Source: Cenococcum geophilum (Eukaryota). Taken from it: 64,000 bases of DNA. The translations under genes were made by a program, and so were the position numbers. The DNA lies in the NCBI GenBank assembly GCA_050273025.1, contig CP158635.1, positions 16,492,001-16,556,000 of the forward strand. The letters run 5' to 3'. This document shows, piece after piece, positions 12,700-25,490 of this stretch. Position 1 is the first letter of the stretch; each line of letters begins with the position of its first letter. Below the pieces are notes generated by a model that worked only from the letters and a program-made list of their open reading frames with translations, searched no databases and had not been told where the DNA came from.

Positions 12700-14300
12700 G
12701 TTTTGGGTACTTCAAAACTAGATATTCTGAGAAAACTGCCCAGGTTCTCCAACTTACGGAGGCAACTCTCGGATGCATAACGAGTATATTAAATTGAATG
12801 TACGTTTCATCTGTTCATGCAACACATCTTTTTATTGAAGAATATCCAATATTACTGTACTCAGCCTGTTCAAAGATATCTTATCCCACAAACGCCGATC
12901 CTCCTAATTCAAATTCATAGCAATGAGCGCTCGCATAGCCAAACCTCCTAACTAGATATCTTTCCATCTGCAAATGCATCATCTCCCCAAGCGTTATTCC
13001 AATGCATAACGTCTTTCGCAAGCAACTTGTGCACTGGGCCAAGCACTTCGTTTAGGCCCTGATCCTTCGCGTTCTCGCGCCGTCCCTGACCATATACATC
13101 TACACACTCTTTCATGAGGAGACACGTCTGTTTGACGTTCTCCATTATGTCCCGGCTGCCTCCGTCGGAAATGGCATTGAGGCCCGCAATGTCGGCTAGA
13201 ACCTGCTCAAAGCCTGATTTTATACTCAGGTTGTTCTGGAACCGGGTGGCTCCCTCGCCCTTGCCTAGAAAAGTTATCCAGCCATAATCGCTGACGACCT
13301 TTCACTGCAGTCTTTTCTGGAAGGGAAAGAAATAACACGCAATCAGCACCACGTCTTCTGTCTCAAAGACGCGCTCCTCAATCCAAGACGATGCGTACAG
13401 TACTTCCGACTCCAGGTCTTTGATCTTCCGTCTAAGCCATATTTCTGGTTTCCAGAATTTATAAAGCTGGAAGATTCGACGCTGGAGGGCACGGAAATGA
13501 TTACGGGAGAGGATTATGATGTCATTGCCGGCAAGATGTGTAGGGTACACAGAACCCTGGCGTCCTTGAGCGAACTCTCCACGTTCGCTGAGCTCACTTT
13601 GAGCTTTGTAAAATTCACGGAAGTGCTCCGGGATGTGAAAACATCGATTCCGAAGTGCCGCTCTCCGGATTCGGGCGATGGGAAGGAGTTCGGAGTATGA
13701 GGTTGCGAGAGGGACTTCGGTGCCTGATGCACTACAAAACTTTTGCACAGGCGAGCACAGTTCTTGAGGGGGCAGGGCGACCCGTTCAGGAGTCATCTCG
13801 CTCGATCCACATTGAGCTCGTGGCTAGAATGGCTCCGAGCTGCGCTGCTGACCTTAAGCCGTCGCTCATTCGACCATCTTGTAGGAATGAGGAGACTACG
13901 GCTGCAGCTGCTTGCTCCAGACCAAGCCGCGCTCTTTTGCAGATATATGTCTTGAGGTCATATTTGCTAAGCTCAAATCAGCATGCATCGAGCTCAGGGT
14001 GGAAAACGGATAACGGGGCGTTTGATCGATCATCCGCTTTAGGCAGGGATTGGTGGCGTCAGCGGTCAGCACCTAATTCTGAATCTCTGTAAGCACTGTG
14101 TGAGTCTGTTAACCTATTTCGAATTGAGCCTGAAGATGTGTGGCTGTCTCACCAACCTATCCAAAGCCTCTCCCCTGGAGTTAAGGACTGTTCGGTTGCA
14201 AGTTTTGGCTCTAGATCAGATGGGTTTGATTCTAATTCTGACGCGATTGTTCGGTTAAACCCTTCAGAATCAGGACCCAGCCACGAAATTTCCAACGTTC
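12700..14300 (-). pseudogene. decayed coding-like region, product unknown
   Basis: Successive minus-strand ORF fragments (13302-13796, 12948-13145) separated by single stops. No recognisable domain. Confidence 0.25.
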
Positions 14301-14570
14301 CTTTCACCGCCAAAAAATAAGTAGTTGAAATGGGGCTCTTGGCGTCAATTTAATATGGAGCTTGAAGGATTCCATTTCAATCTGAAGCCTCCATATTGCA
14401 TACGGCCGTGCCACAGACACGTGTCAATTAGAAGGAACGCGTTCTTTCTGCCGGACTTTCAATTCGGATTTAATGCTTTTGCAACCGAATGAACCCTTAA
14501 TCTAAATAGTGCAATCTCCTGCAAGGATGTATATACCCCCGAAGCTTCCAATTTAGATCCGCAAGATTAC

Positions 14571-14776
14571 TGACGATGGTACTGGAGGAGTCCTCCACAT
14601 GCGTTTCCTGCTTACATAAGCAGAGTCCCTTCTTGTTCGGTCTCCGCAGCAACTACTTCGGTATCCGTAGTAGTTACCCTGGACCCCGTAGATATAGACC
14701 TATATTAAGGCCTATATTCCTTATAATTAGATTCCATAGATTCATTCATTCATTTATCCTTAGATCTAGTTTATTA
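14571..14776 (+). repeat. 5' LTR of the Copia element
   Basis: Starts with TG, ends with TA (RIP-mutated CA) directly before the PBS. Candidate TSD ATTAC at 14566-14570. The left edge is inferred because no second LTR is in the window. Confidence 0.6.
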
Positions 14777-14786
14777 GGTTATGAGC
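14777..14786 (+). other. primer-binding site GGTTATGAGC (internal tRNA-iMet type)
   Basis: Matches the GGTTATG(A/G)GC PBS typical of fungal Copia elements. Lies between the LTR and gag. Confidence 0.8.
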
Positions 14787-14960
14787 ACTCATTGCTACTA
14801 AGCTGTGATGTTAGAAGATTGACACCTTACTATAGGTTGTATTAAGGGTTACTACACCCGTGCTAGGTTATTCCTTACTGCTCTATATTATTTCTTATTA
14901 TCAAATCTACGCGTTAAGTTTGTGTATTTACGCGTTAAATCCTTTTATTTACGCGTTACC

Positions 14961-17900
14961 ATGGGTAAAGATTATCTAGGTATTTAACGCCTTAAGAAAG
15001 ATGGCTTAAATTGGCCCTAATATTGGACGCAGCTCAGCACGTACCTACGTGGTAAGGGCCTTTTGCATATTATTTAGGAAGATGTGGGCCCACCCCTCTA
15101 CCTAAAGCTCTAGGAAGAGAAGCCTATAATATCTATTAATTGAGTACTAAAGGACGCCGATAAGGAGGAGCGAGACAAGATCCTTAAGAGGTCTTAAATT
15201 ATTGCAGATACTAATGATTTAATTCGCTTAGCCAATAAGGTACTCTCCTATGAGTATAATAAGGAGTTTAAATAGTATAGTAAGGAAGACAGCAAAGTCT
15301 GTTTAGTTATCCTTGGTATAATTAATAATGAGATCCTTACTACCTTAGAATATAAGCAGACGGTAAAGGACTATATTAATTACCTTAAGCAGACGTTTAA
15401 GGCCCGTGGCTTAATCCATGAGGCTAATATATAGGAGACTTTTGTTAAGCTCTGTTTTTAATTAGACTAAGCGGTTACTACTTTCTTAAGCCGTTACTAA
15501 GAAGCGGTTTAAGGAGTTAAGTAGGTAAAGCTTGCCCTAGATAACAAGATTATTAACTATTAATTTATTAACGCCGTCGACGAATACTTCCCTATGTAGG
15601 CTTAAATCCAATATAATAAGATTCGCGACGGCTACACGATTATACTGGTCTAATTAATTACTAACTTTACCGATAAGGCTTAGCAAAAGGACTTACTTAA
15701 GAGCTTCGCCTTAGTTAATAAGCTACTAGGTGACTCTGGTTAAAGATATAGTAACAGCCGTGGTCGCAGTAATGGTTAAGGCAGAGGCGGGGGAGCCAGC
15801 TATAGTGCCTTATTAGGCAATTAAGGCTTTGCCAAGGATGCTTTAAATAAGTATAAATGGTGCAAGCTAGGTTATCTAGGTGGCGAGGACGATTACTAGA
15901 TAAAGTACCCCTATCTAAGGCCTGAATGGTAGAGACCTGGAGAGAGACGACCGCGCTTAGGTAACGGAGCAGCCTTAACGACTACTAATGAGGCCTCTAA
16001 GGGGACATCTAATCGCCCCTCTTAAGCTACTAATTTGGTAATTAGAGGGATCTTTACTACGTAGGCTATTAGGCTAGCAGCTATAGCTTTAGGAACAAAT
16101 ATTAAGGACTCCTGGATAGCCGATAGTTGCTTAAATATTTATATAGGCAACGATATTAGGAAGTTCGTACAGTATAAGGAAATTAAACCTCTCTAAATCT
16201 AGATAGGAGGAGGCCTAATAAAGGCCATTAGCGTTGGATTAGTTAAGCTTATAGTTGCCCAAACTAACTACTTAGCCTATATAATTATATTTACTAAAGT
16301 GTATTACTGTCCTAACTTCTTTATAAATGTCGTCTTGCTTAATATTCTATAGGGGAAGGGCACGTTCTTTAACGGTCTCTATAATATAATTAACTTCGTT
16401 AAAGACCGGGCGGAAATAGTCTATATTCTATGTGTTAACGGACTTAATACGTTTATACTAGTAGATAACCCTATAGAGGTTTCTTTTGTAATAGCTCTGG
16501 CTACCGCACGATTATGCCTTTATGAGAAAGGCGTACTTGCTAAAGCTACTATGGAGATTTGGTATAAGAGACTATAATATCTTCCTCCTGACTAGATACG
16601 TTAACTGGCCAGAAGTATAAAGGGGATTGTGGTTACTAAGGACAAGCTATTTTACTACGAGGACTGTTACCTTGGAAAGGTTAAGAAGCAAATATTAAGA
16701 CGCCCTTAATAATGTAGTAATCGTATATTTAAAAAGGTGCATGTTAATATAGTTGGGCTATTAAAATACGAAGGTCTCTATGGTGAAAAGTACTAGGTAC
16801 TATTTACTAATGACTGAATACGCTTTAGATGGATCTACTATATATTGAATAGAGGCTCCGCGGCCTCTACCTTAAAGTAGTTTATTTGTATAATTAAGAC
16901 TTAAATAGGGATAACGATTGGCTGCTTCCGATTAGATGGAGCTGCTGAGTGGTTTAGTAAGGATATAATTGATTTCTTTAAGAACGAAGGTATAGTTACT
17001 GAGGCCTTTACCCCATACACTGTATACTAAAATAGAATAGTAGAGAAGGCCAACTACCTGGTTAAAGAAAGGGTTAGGGTGATATTAATTGAGACTTAAT
17101 TACCACTAAAGCTCTAGCCTAAAGTCGCTAAGGTAGCTGTATACGGGCTTAATATGTTACCTATATTAGTTAATAAGGATAAAGCTCCACCCGCTTAAGT
17201 AATGGCCCTCACCCTAGGGGATACTAATTCTATAATTACGTACGCTAACTAGAAGATCTATAGCTGTTCTGCTTACGTCTATATTAATGAAAAAGACCCT
17301 TAGTAGTAGTGGGGTAATAAGTTTATTACAAGAGCTTAGAAAGGATAATTGGTTGGCTATAAAGGTTTATATATATATCGCGTCTATCTACCTTATAAGA
17401 ATAGGGTTGTTTAATTAAGTAGCGTTACCTTTAACAAATCAGGAACCTTTCTTACTACACCGATTAGTAAGGAAGAAGGTGGCGACGGTAATATCTGCTG
17501 GGTATTACTTAAGGAACTTCCTACCAACAACACTGCACTAGAGGTCTCTCAGTTACTATAGGGAGAAGGTAAGGTCTCTCGGTCACCGTAGGAAGGAACT
17601 AAGGCTGCTTAGTTACTATAGGAGGCAGATGAGGTCTCTCGGGCTTTGTAGTTGGGGGGTAACTCTTAGTCGGAGGGTGCCTCTAGTGATTACGATATTG
17701 CACTGTAGCCTAATTGACCTCCCCTTACTGACGACAAATAGGTAGGCCTTAACTAGCAAGAGCTTCCTAATCTAGGAGGATACCTCTATTAGGAAGGGAC
17801 TCCCCTAAGGGATATCTACTAGGAGGATCTGGAGTAGATTCTGCCTAAGTACTTAGATAATAAACCTGAACCTATAGCGAATACTTATACACGGTTAAAG

Positions 17901-18268
17901 CCACGGCTTAACTATAGCGTACTCCATAGAACTAGAAGGAAGGAGCTGGCTATAAAGGCTACCTACCTTACCCCGTCCTTCGCCTATACGTTTATAAGTG
18001 CTCTATTGTAGCCTTAGTAGATAAAAATAACTAAAGGACTACCTCCGGAACCTCGTAACTAGAAGGAAGCCGTGAATTTAATATTCGAGAAGGAGTGGAA
18101 GGCTGCAGTAGATGAGGAATGGGAGTCTTAAATGGTAAATGTCTTATTTAAGATTATTAAACTTCCACCTAGAGCTAAGGCTCTACCTATTAAATGGGTC
18201 TTTATATATAAATTTGATAAGAACAACGTCCTATTTAGATGGAAAGCACGGCTGGTATTATGCGGTAA
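14961..18268 (+). pseudogene. Copia gag-pol polyprotein, RIP-inactivated
   Basis: Gag N-terminus; zinc-knuckle relic ~15850-15920; protease WIADSC ~16110; integrase W(H)KRL, (C)EDC(H)LGK, KVHV(D)IVG, FR(S)DGAAE, PYT..QN..E; RT PEPRN(W)KEA ~18045 and KWVF/KARLV ~18190-18260. Confidence 0.9.
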
Positions 18269-20255
18269 TCTGTGTCCAGGTGCGCTGCCTATTTAAGTTT
18301 AGCGGGGCCCCGACACCCGTTTTCGGGCATCGCTCTCTCGCTTAGCCGACCGCCGCTTTTGACGTCTATAAAATGCTCCATCGCCTTTACTGCCCTCTCT
18401 ACTAGCTCTTTCTCCCTTGGATTTTACTTCTGCCCTAGCCTTACCCCTACTATAAGGCCCCACCCTCATGGCCTGCGCCCGCCCCTTAATACTAAACTTC
18501 TAATTATGACTAATACCGAGATGCACGCTCTTTTAGCTGACGACTTTTAAATATTTAACTATCGTTTCCACTTTTGCGGCCTATATGCTACCGTTGTAAT
18601 CTCGGCATGGACTACCTTAAATAGATACGCTAGATTTGGGGAGGCTGATATTGCGTCTTCTCTCTAAGCCTTGTTTTCTCTTTACGCTTCTTCTATTTAT
18701 TTTCCTCTCTAGTATTCTTATTGGAACATTAATTACGTGACGTAGTTATGGGACTATGAAGCGAGACTAACTGTCTGACCTTGGAGCAACCCCTTTCTTC
18801 TAGATAATAATTAACTATTAACTTTAATACCGCATACGTACTACTATAAGTAATATTCGTGCACGTTAATAAAGAGAGTTATACTAATAATTCTTTTTGT
18901 AGGCTATCTAGGTCTTTAGTTCTAACTTTTATATAGTCCCACTTTATCCGTATTTTATTATCTCAGCTTTATTAACTGATAGCCTACCCCGGAGTTGAGA
19001 CGCCTATTTAAACACTTGGACGTCGCGCCAGAAATTACTTTAGCGCTAGCACTCTACCACGCCATTGCTATGGTTAATTAAAAAATATGTCTTATCCTTA
19101 CCGCTTTAATAATATGACTTAGGAGGCTGTAATTAAAATAAGGAGCTGCGGAGCCTAAACCGTAACTAGTTACTAAAATAACTGCTATAGCAGCAGGAGT
19201 GTAAGTGGGGCAGGAGGGCGCAGCGAAAGGACGGCAAGGGGCTTAGATAAAGGGTGAACCTAACTAAAGGACCACTAAATCAATCTTCCGACTAATGAAG
19301 GAAATGCCTTATTATATGAAGCTATTATAGCGCCGGAACAGGTCAGCAGAGCTTTACGGATATTTTATATAACTGCTCGCTAATTACTCTAGATTAGTTG
19401 ATTTTGTCTCCACTATAGAGTCCCTGTCTTATAAGAAAGAGCAGGTGGCATATTTTAGCGGATAAATAAGATAAATTAAGGCTAATGGGCTAGGATCTAG
19501 GGTATTCTATTGGCCCTCTATCCCCTAGGCATTAGTTTCGGCCCTCTTTAGGAAGACCTAAAATCAAAATCCGTGGAGAATAACCGGGAATATACGGTCT
19601 GGATTCGACGGCAATACTATAATATACTGTTAATCTGGGATGACCACGTTATACTACTATGCTAGGGGCACTTAAAGCATCCACTATTATGACCAGCGAA
19701 GGAGGGAAAGGTTATATGGCCGAAAGGGGTGGAGTAAGCTGATCCGGTACCGCTGATAGATATTAGTGTTGCCACTACTTACAGAAGTTGTAGATACAGC
19801 ACTATTGACATAGATCCTAGTGCCGCAAGGCGTAGATAGCAGTGTTTGTTTGTGCATTTACTAACTAAAAGAAGCAATACTATGCGAGAATATTTGAAGG
19901 ATTTGGTAGGGGAAGTAACGCGAAAGCCTTAGATAACTCCCTAAGTGGCTCTGGCTGGAAGTTAACCCACTAAGCCGATCCTAGTACCGTAGGCACCACC
20001 AATTCCTAGGGGATAGGCGCAATATTTATGTACTGTAACGCCTTGGCCCAAAGCTACGTGAACCAAGCCACCGCCGTTGCTATTGGGTTCGGCGGTAAGT
20101 ATGAAGAGGATAATAGATTGAACTAGCTGAGGACTAGGCTATGCCGAGAGCATATATATAAGAACACGCTCTCTCGCTGATTCCTGGATTATCTCACTCC
20201 TTAGAAAGATTTTTTTATTACTTCTATATCTTTCCATCCTAATCCTTAAATTATA

Positions 20256-22544
20256 ATGGACTCTTAATCTTTTTATATACCTAGAGCACTAACTGCCCGG
20301 ATTTCTAGGCCTAAGCTATACCCCTAATTACCCTATATGCAATTGCCTCTTATTATGGCTAGTAGATAAGGTAGGCAATTTACCAAAAGAAACAAGAGTT
20401 CTACGTTAATTATTGATCTTATAGCTCTTACCCCGGAAAAAACTGTTGTAGAGTGCTAGATAGCTAGAGGTGACCTAACTAGGGCCTAAGGTGAGTATAT
20501 ACGTAGTTAGATTGTAGCAATAGTATCTAATATAATATAGGAAACTCGTCTATCGCCTAAAATAATGTTACTAGGAAAACTTCTGGCGGCCCCCGCGGTG
20601 ACGATGACGACTACCTTCTAGAAGTGGAAGACCTTATTTTTGGGAAACATTAGAGAAAAGAAATGGGAATTTTCAGCCTTAATCCTTAACATGCGACTGC
20701 TGGGCAGTTGTTTGACAATAGGAGTTAGGAAAGTGGCCTTCTCTATGACGGATATAGATTTAGAGCTGGGACTAAAGTATCGGTTAATAGTAAAGGTAAA
20801 TATATTACATTTGAGATTTCTTTATAATCGGCTTAAGGAAATTGCTTATACTATACTATAGATAAACTAGCTACACCGAATACTAGAAAACTATATAGCG
20901 GCCTATCCCACTATAACGCCTAAAGCCCTAAGCCTACTACTGTTGGTGACTAAACTAGCTTTACTTCTATTTCTAGTATCTTAAGTAATATCACGGTTGG
21001 TTATCTAGGTGCTAAACTAGGAAGTACTAATGGCATTAATAATAGCCAGAGCCTTAACGACTAAAACCATAATATTAGCGAAAGTGCCGATAAGGTAGAT
21101 AAGCAGCTAGAGAAGCTAGTTAGAACCATTTTAGTCTCGGAATACCCTCTAACCCCCTCTAAGAATTCCAACTAAGGTAACCCCTAGAGAACTATAAATG
21201 ACACGGGCGTCCGGGGCGAGGAGTTGGCCCCTAATCGCTCCGAAACGTATAGGAGCGGCTCTGGCTCTAACAGCGCTAGCAACTATATAAGTAATTAGAA
21301 CGTCAATACTCTCCAGTAGCAAGGAATTAGGCCATGGAATGGACTGGACCGCGCCTAAATAACTAGGATTAGACGTTCTAACTTCTGTGATGAACTTGCC
21401 GAAGAAGAACTACAGGACGAATCTGTAGTGGGGGTTAGCGATTTTTGCGCACTAAGTCCGACTGAGGTAGATACTGATGACGTTTACGGCGAATACCTTC
21501 GTAGTAAGGGGGTTAACTCTGGACAAGATAGTGACCAGCATTTAGAGTAAACACTTCCCTAAAGCGATTCAGCTATAGAGTATTGTATTAGTAGCAATCC
21601 TGCGGAGAGTAACGTAAGTACGAGAAGAGCGTATTCTTAAAGAGCTTATTAAGGTATGCTTAAGATAATATTAAAAGAACCCTAGCCCACCTAATGCGTT
21701 TTCTTAGAAAATGCTACCTACGAGCATGGCCTAGCTAAGAACGTGAGCAGATTAGACCCTGTGTACTAATTATCACCGGAGTAATAAAGTTAATACGCTT
21801 TACTTTAAGCCAAGGCTCCACTATCTAGCGTTGATGCTCTACCTCGGAATACTCTTACTTAGAAACGGCCTGTCTTACTTATTAATTCCTCTACGCTCCC
21901 TTAAGATGGTTAATCCGCTAAGCGACGCAAACGCTTAAGGGGAAAAACGGGGAAGGCTAGAATGGCGAAGGAAATGCTCCTTTACGCATATCCACCTAAT
22001 GAAAAGAATATGGGTTATACGGTTGAGCGTGTTAAAGCTATTCACCTTATAGATGACGGGTCTATGCTATCCACTGTGAAATGGATGTTATTAGAGGTAC
22101 TAACGGATAGTCTAGTAGGAGAAGAGTATTATAGCTAGTTTAAGGGCTTATTTAAGACGGAGTTTGGAGAAAAGGAGTAGGACCTGCAACGGGAGAAGCG
22201 GCTTTAGAAGATAGTGAGATATCTATGTTACGGAGAGGATAACGATTATATAGTTGAGTATGTTAAGGCTCTTCGCGTTGCAGAGGATGGATCTATACGA
22301 TGCACTGTTAGATGGGCGTTATTAGTGGTAGCGGAGGATGATCTTGGAGAAGATCTGCTTAAATAGGCTAAGAAACTATTTAAGGAGAAGTACGGAGAGG
22401 AGAAGTGGGAGTAGTAGCTTTAGAAGAAGCAGGAGGCTACTAACTAAAAGCCCTAAAGCAAAGGTCAGAAGATTTGGAGAAGGTGACGGGATATTTTTGC
22501 TGGCTATAATAGTTTTAGTATCCCTTAACTGGCATCGGCGTTGA
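20256..22544 (+). pseudogene. low-complexity protein with two C-terminal chromo-like domains
   Basis: YTVERVKAIHLIDDGSMLSTVKW (~22016) and YIVEYVKALRVAEDGSIRCTVRW (~22247), each followed by a helix ending KxxFG/YGExxW. Confidence 0.55.
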
Positions 22545-22806
22545 AGAAAGAAAGATATTTTTAGTATTTATTATCTGGTAACCTAACTAATTGCTTTCGG
22601 CTTAGGTGTAAAATATACTTTTAGTAATTAGATAAACTAGCGAGGTAGGTGAGATCTAGTAATTGCTTCTACTAAAAAGGGTCTCCCTTAAGAAGGTGAC
22701 CCCTTTACTAAAATCACCCCTTACAAACCTACTTTATTAAGCGCTATAAATCTTACTACAAAAAAGCTAAAGCTAGTTCTTTATTGTAACCACTTATTAT
22801 TTAAAT

Positions 22807-23952
22807 ATGTTTTTATTTTGGGATGACGATATACTTCTTCGGCCTGATATATCTATTGACATTAATGAAGTAAACTGTTTTATTAATGGCGACCACAATA
22901 CACGTATTGCGATGTATTAGCAACACATAAGCCAGTTAATAAATTCGCATATCTGCTGAGCTTTCCTCGAAGAAATACCATATGACGATCGTGAGAAATT
23001 ATTTAAGAGCATAGACAAACAAGCACTTTTGAGATCACTTCCCTATATAGACTACGACTAAGCTTAGAAGGTCCTTACAGAATACCATAGGGAAATTAAC
23101 TCTATAATTGAAATTCTTAATTATGTTAATAACTAACAGCGAGCACTATTGATATTCGCGCTTATAAAAACAGCTTGTATAAAAATATTTTATAACATGG
23201 ACGAGGAAAGTAAGGATAGAGCTATTTGCAGTCTTAATGGCAAAGCTGTCTATAACGGGAGAAAGCAGATAGGTGCTGTGGCACTTAGTAGTTATAGTGC
23301 CTATCCGTTAGACTAGACAAAATTCGAAGATTTGTGTGCTTCTTATAAGAAGAAATATAGCTTTAGAGATAAAATATAGAGAGCGAATTGTTGGGACTAT
23401 ACCTATTATGGAGACTGTTTGCTCAATCACTATAGAATGAACTGCATTTAATGCCAAGTTCCACCACATGTTATTCGCCTTTAAGATCGGTATTACTTGT
23501 AGGAACTTAGACTAACCAAGATAAAGGTTAACGGACTTATAGTCTACCCACAAGACCAAATTGTGTACGCGATGGCAAAATTTATAGAAGAAGGAGACCC
23601 TTACTGGTATAAAGCGGAAGTCCTTTATAACTATTGTGGCGCTGTATACAATATAGCGGTATTTAATTTCCTTAGTATACTAGCTTTTAGGCAAAGGCCT
23701 TGCCTATAAATAAGATATATGGGAGGCGGAGGTAGAGGCAATAATAGTGGGTAGTGCGGTGCTAACTAGTGTAGTAGATTTCTGTTGCTTTAAAGAGATG
23801 TCTATATACTCGCTATAGGTTTATATAGTAGCGCTCGAACGGCTCGTTCTATGAGATTAAACAATGGTGCTGCCGCGTAGAATAGATTTTGGAAGTTAAA
23901 AAGGTCTATAATATACTATTTTAAGATCGCAGTACTTTTTATACGGTTATGA
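22807..23952 (+). pseudogene. putative HNH / His-Me finger endonuclease-like protein
   Basis: One continuous frame. De-RIPed it reads NCWDY...IV(H)AMAKF.EEGDP....EVL(H)N(C)C...PCL(Q)IR(H)MGGG...NN. The His residues are inferred from TAT/TAC codons. Confidence 0.45.
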
Positions 23953-24949
23953 TGTTAAAATACTATTTTTTGCTAGTAATGTTCGCTACAGTTATTTCTA
24001 AGCAGATTGTTAGCTTTAATCATTTCTGGAGACGATTTTAATCCGTTTATAATAATGTAATGCTTTTATGCTATACTAAATATAAATATCTAACTAAAAT
24101 GTATTATATTAGTGCGGAAGAACTGACGTATCGGTCTCTAGCTTTATAAGTAGTACTTAGCTGTTATTGCTTATTAAATCATAAGTGGTCTCTGCCTAAA
24201 TCTATATGATGTGGGTAAAAGCAATGCCGCTTTCTAAGCGCTGTGCTACGGTTTCTAAGGCATGTAGCGTAAGTAAGGAGTTAGGAGATAAAGCTGCGGC
24301 GTATTTGGCTAGCTCTGACGTAACTGAGAAGAAGTTCAGGAATATAGTTCCTACTCTATTTGGAACCGGATAAGGGGCTCTATATACTAGTGTTTAGGGG
24401 TAGCCCTAATAGTTAATTATTGTTTAAAGCTAATGATCTAACCAAGCCAAGCTTTATGCTTAGAATTAAATAGGGAACTTACTTGATATTATAAGAAGGG
24501 CCTTAGACACTAGATACCGGTAGAGGCATTAGCTACTCAAATACCCGGAGGTTATGGGCGGTAAAAAGATTATCCTGCAACTATTAATGTGACTTAGTGT
24601 TGCGGCGAAGCAGCTTGCGTGGTTTGATATTTTTAGATTGGAGCTGTGCTTCTAGCGTTAGTTCCAGGCGCGAGGGTATAAAGGGCGTTATCGCGCAGTG
24701 TTTTTTTGCTCTATAGCACTTACAATTCTTAATTCTTTTATTCTGGCCCTAAGCTCTCGCCAGCCATACTTTCTCCAGTTAAGGACCACTTGTAGCCGTC
24801 TGGTCCCGGACAGGTGGGAATTTCTCACCTAATAACAGGCTTGTCTGACCCCGCGAATATAGTCGCCAGTGTTGAGCACGTTTCTCTAATGCCTCCTAGT
24901 AAGATAGCCAAATAATTATAGATCTTTTGATTATACTAACGGCCAAGCA

Positions 24950-25490
24950 GGTGATAATAAAGCTCACTTTGCGGATGTTTCTGATGACAGCTTAGATTGT
25001 GAAAGAGAAGATAAACAGCCTACTAGATTCCTAAGAAGACTAAACCAAATTTTAGAAGGCGTAACCGAAAACGGTGCACTTAAATACTAGGTGGAGTGGA
25101 AGCCTAGGCTGACGAGTATTAGAGCCGCGAAGAGCAATAAGGATTTAAGGTATTGCTCGGTTCACATTATAGATAAAGTGGCAGTTTTGTGCTAGAAGCC
25201 TACTAAGGAGCCTGTGACTAACCTAATGTCCTATAAACTTCGATCTTATTATAAAAGGAATCTTGGCAAGTTTATTAAGCATATTATAAGGTTCTGAGAG
25301 CTTAGAGAGGCGCTTGAGAAGGAAGACAGAAAAACACTTGTGGCTTTGGTAGATAAGAGTGGAATATAGAAGGGGCTTAGATTGACCCTATGAAATGCCA
25401 TTAATAAAAGTAGTAAAAGGAGATCGACGGCGAATCTTTAAAAAAGAAAGAGAAGTAGAGATTACCCCCAAATATATAGCGTGTGGTAAG
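24950..25490 (+). pseudogene. chromo-like domain protein (3' exon)
   Basis: QILEGVTENGALKY(Q)VEWKP followed by (W)KPT(E)EPVTNLM. Confidence 0.5.

Larger units (their letters stand above)
14571..18268 (+). mobile_element. Ty1/Copia LTR retrotransposon, RIP-mutated, truncated or interrupted in RT
   Basis: LTR, PBS, gag, protease, integrase and RT in Copia order. RT homology ends after KWVF..KARLVLCGN. Confidence 0.93.

Noticed and set aside
14565..18270. GATTAC next to both the LTR start (+ strand) and the RT junction (- strand) as an inverted terminal repeat
   Set aside because: Only 6 bp. One copy is flanking DNA and the other is RT coding sequence, so chance is sufficient.
18507..19200. 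First ORF inside the insert as a Starship captain tyrosine recombinase
   Set aside because: Too short, and no recognisable DUF3435 or R-H-R-Y catalytic pattern after reversing RIP.
20070..20130. ACCGCCG/CGGCGGT hairpin followed by CTAG as a Helitron 3' end
   Set aside because: Only a 7-bp stem, CTAG is too far away and very common after RIP, and the Copia RT does not resume afterwards.
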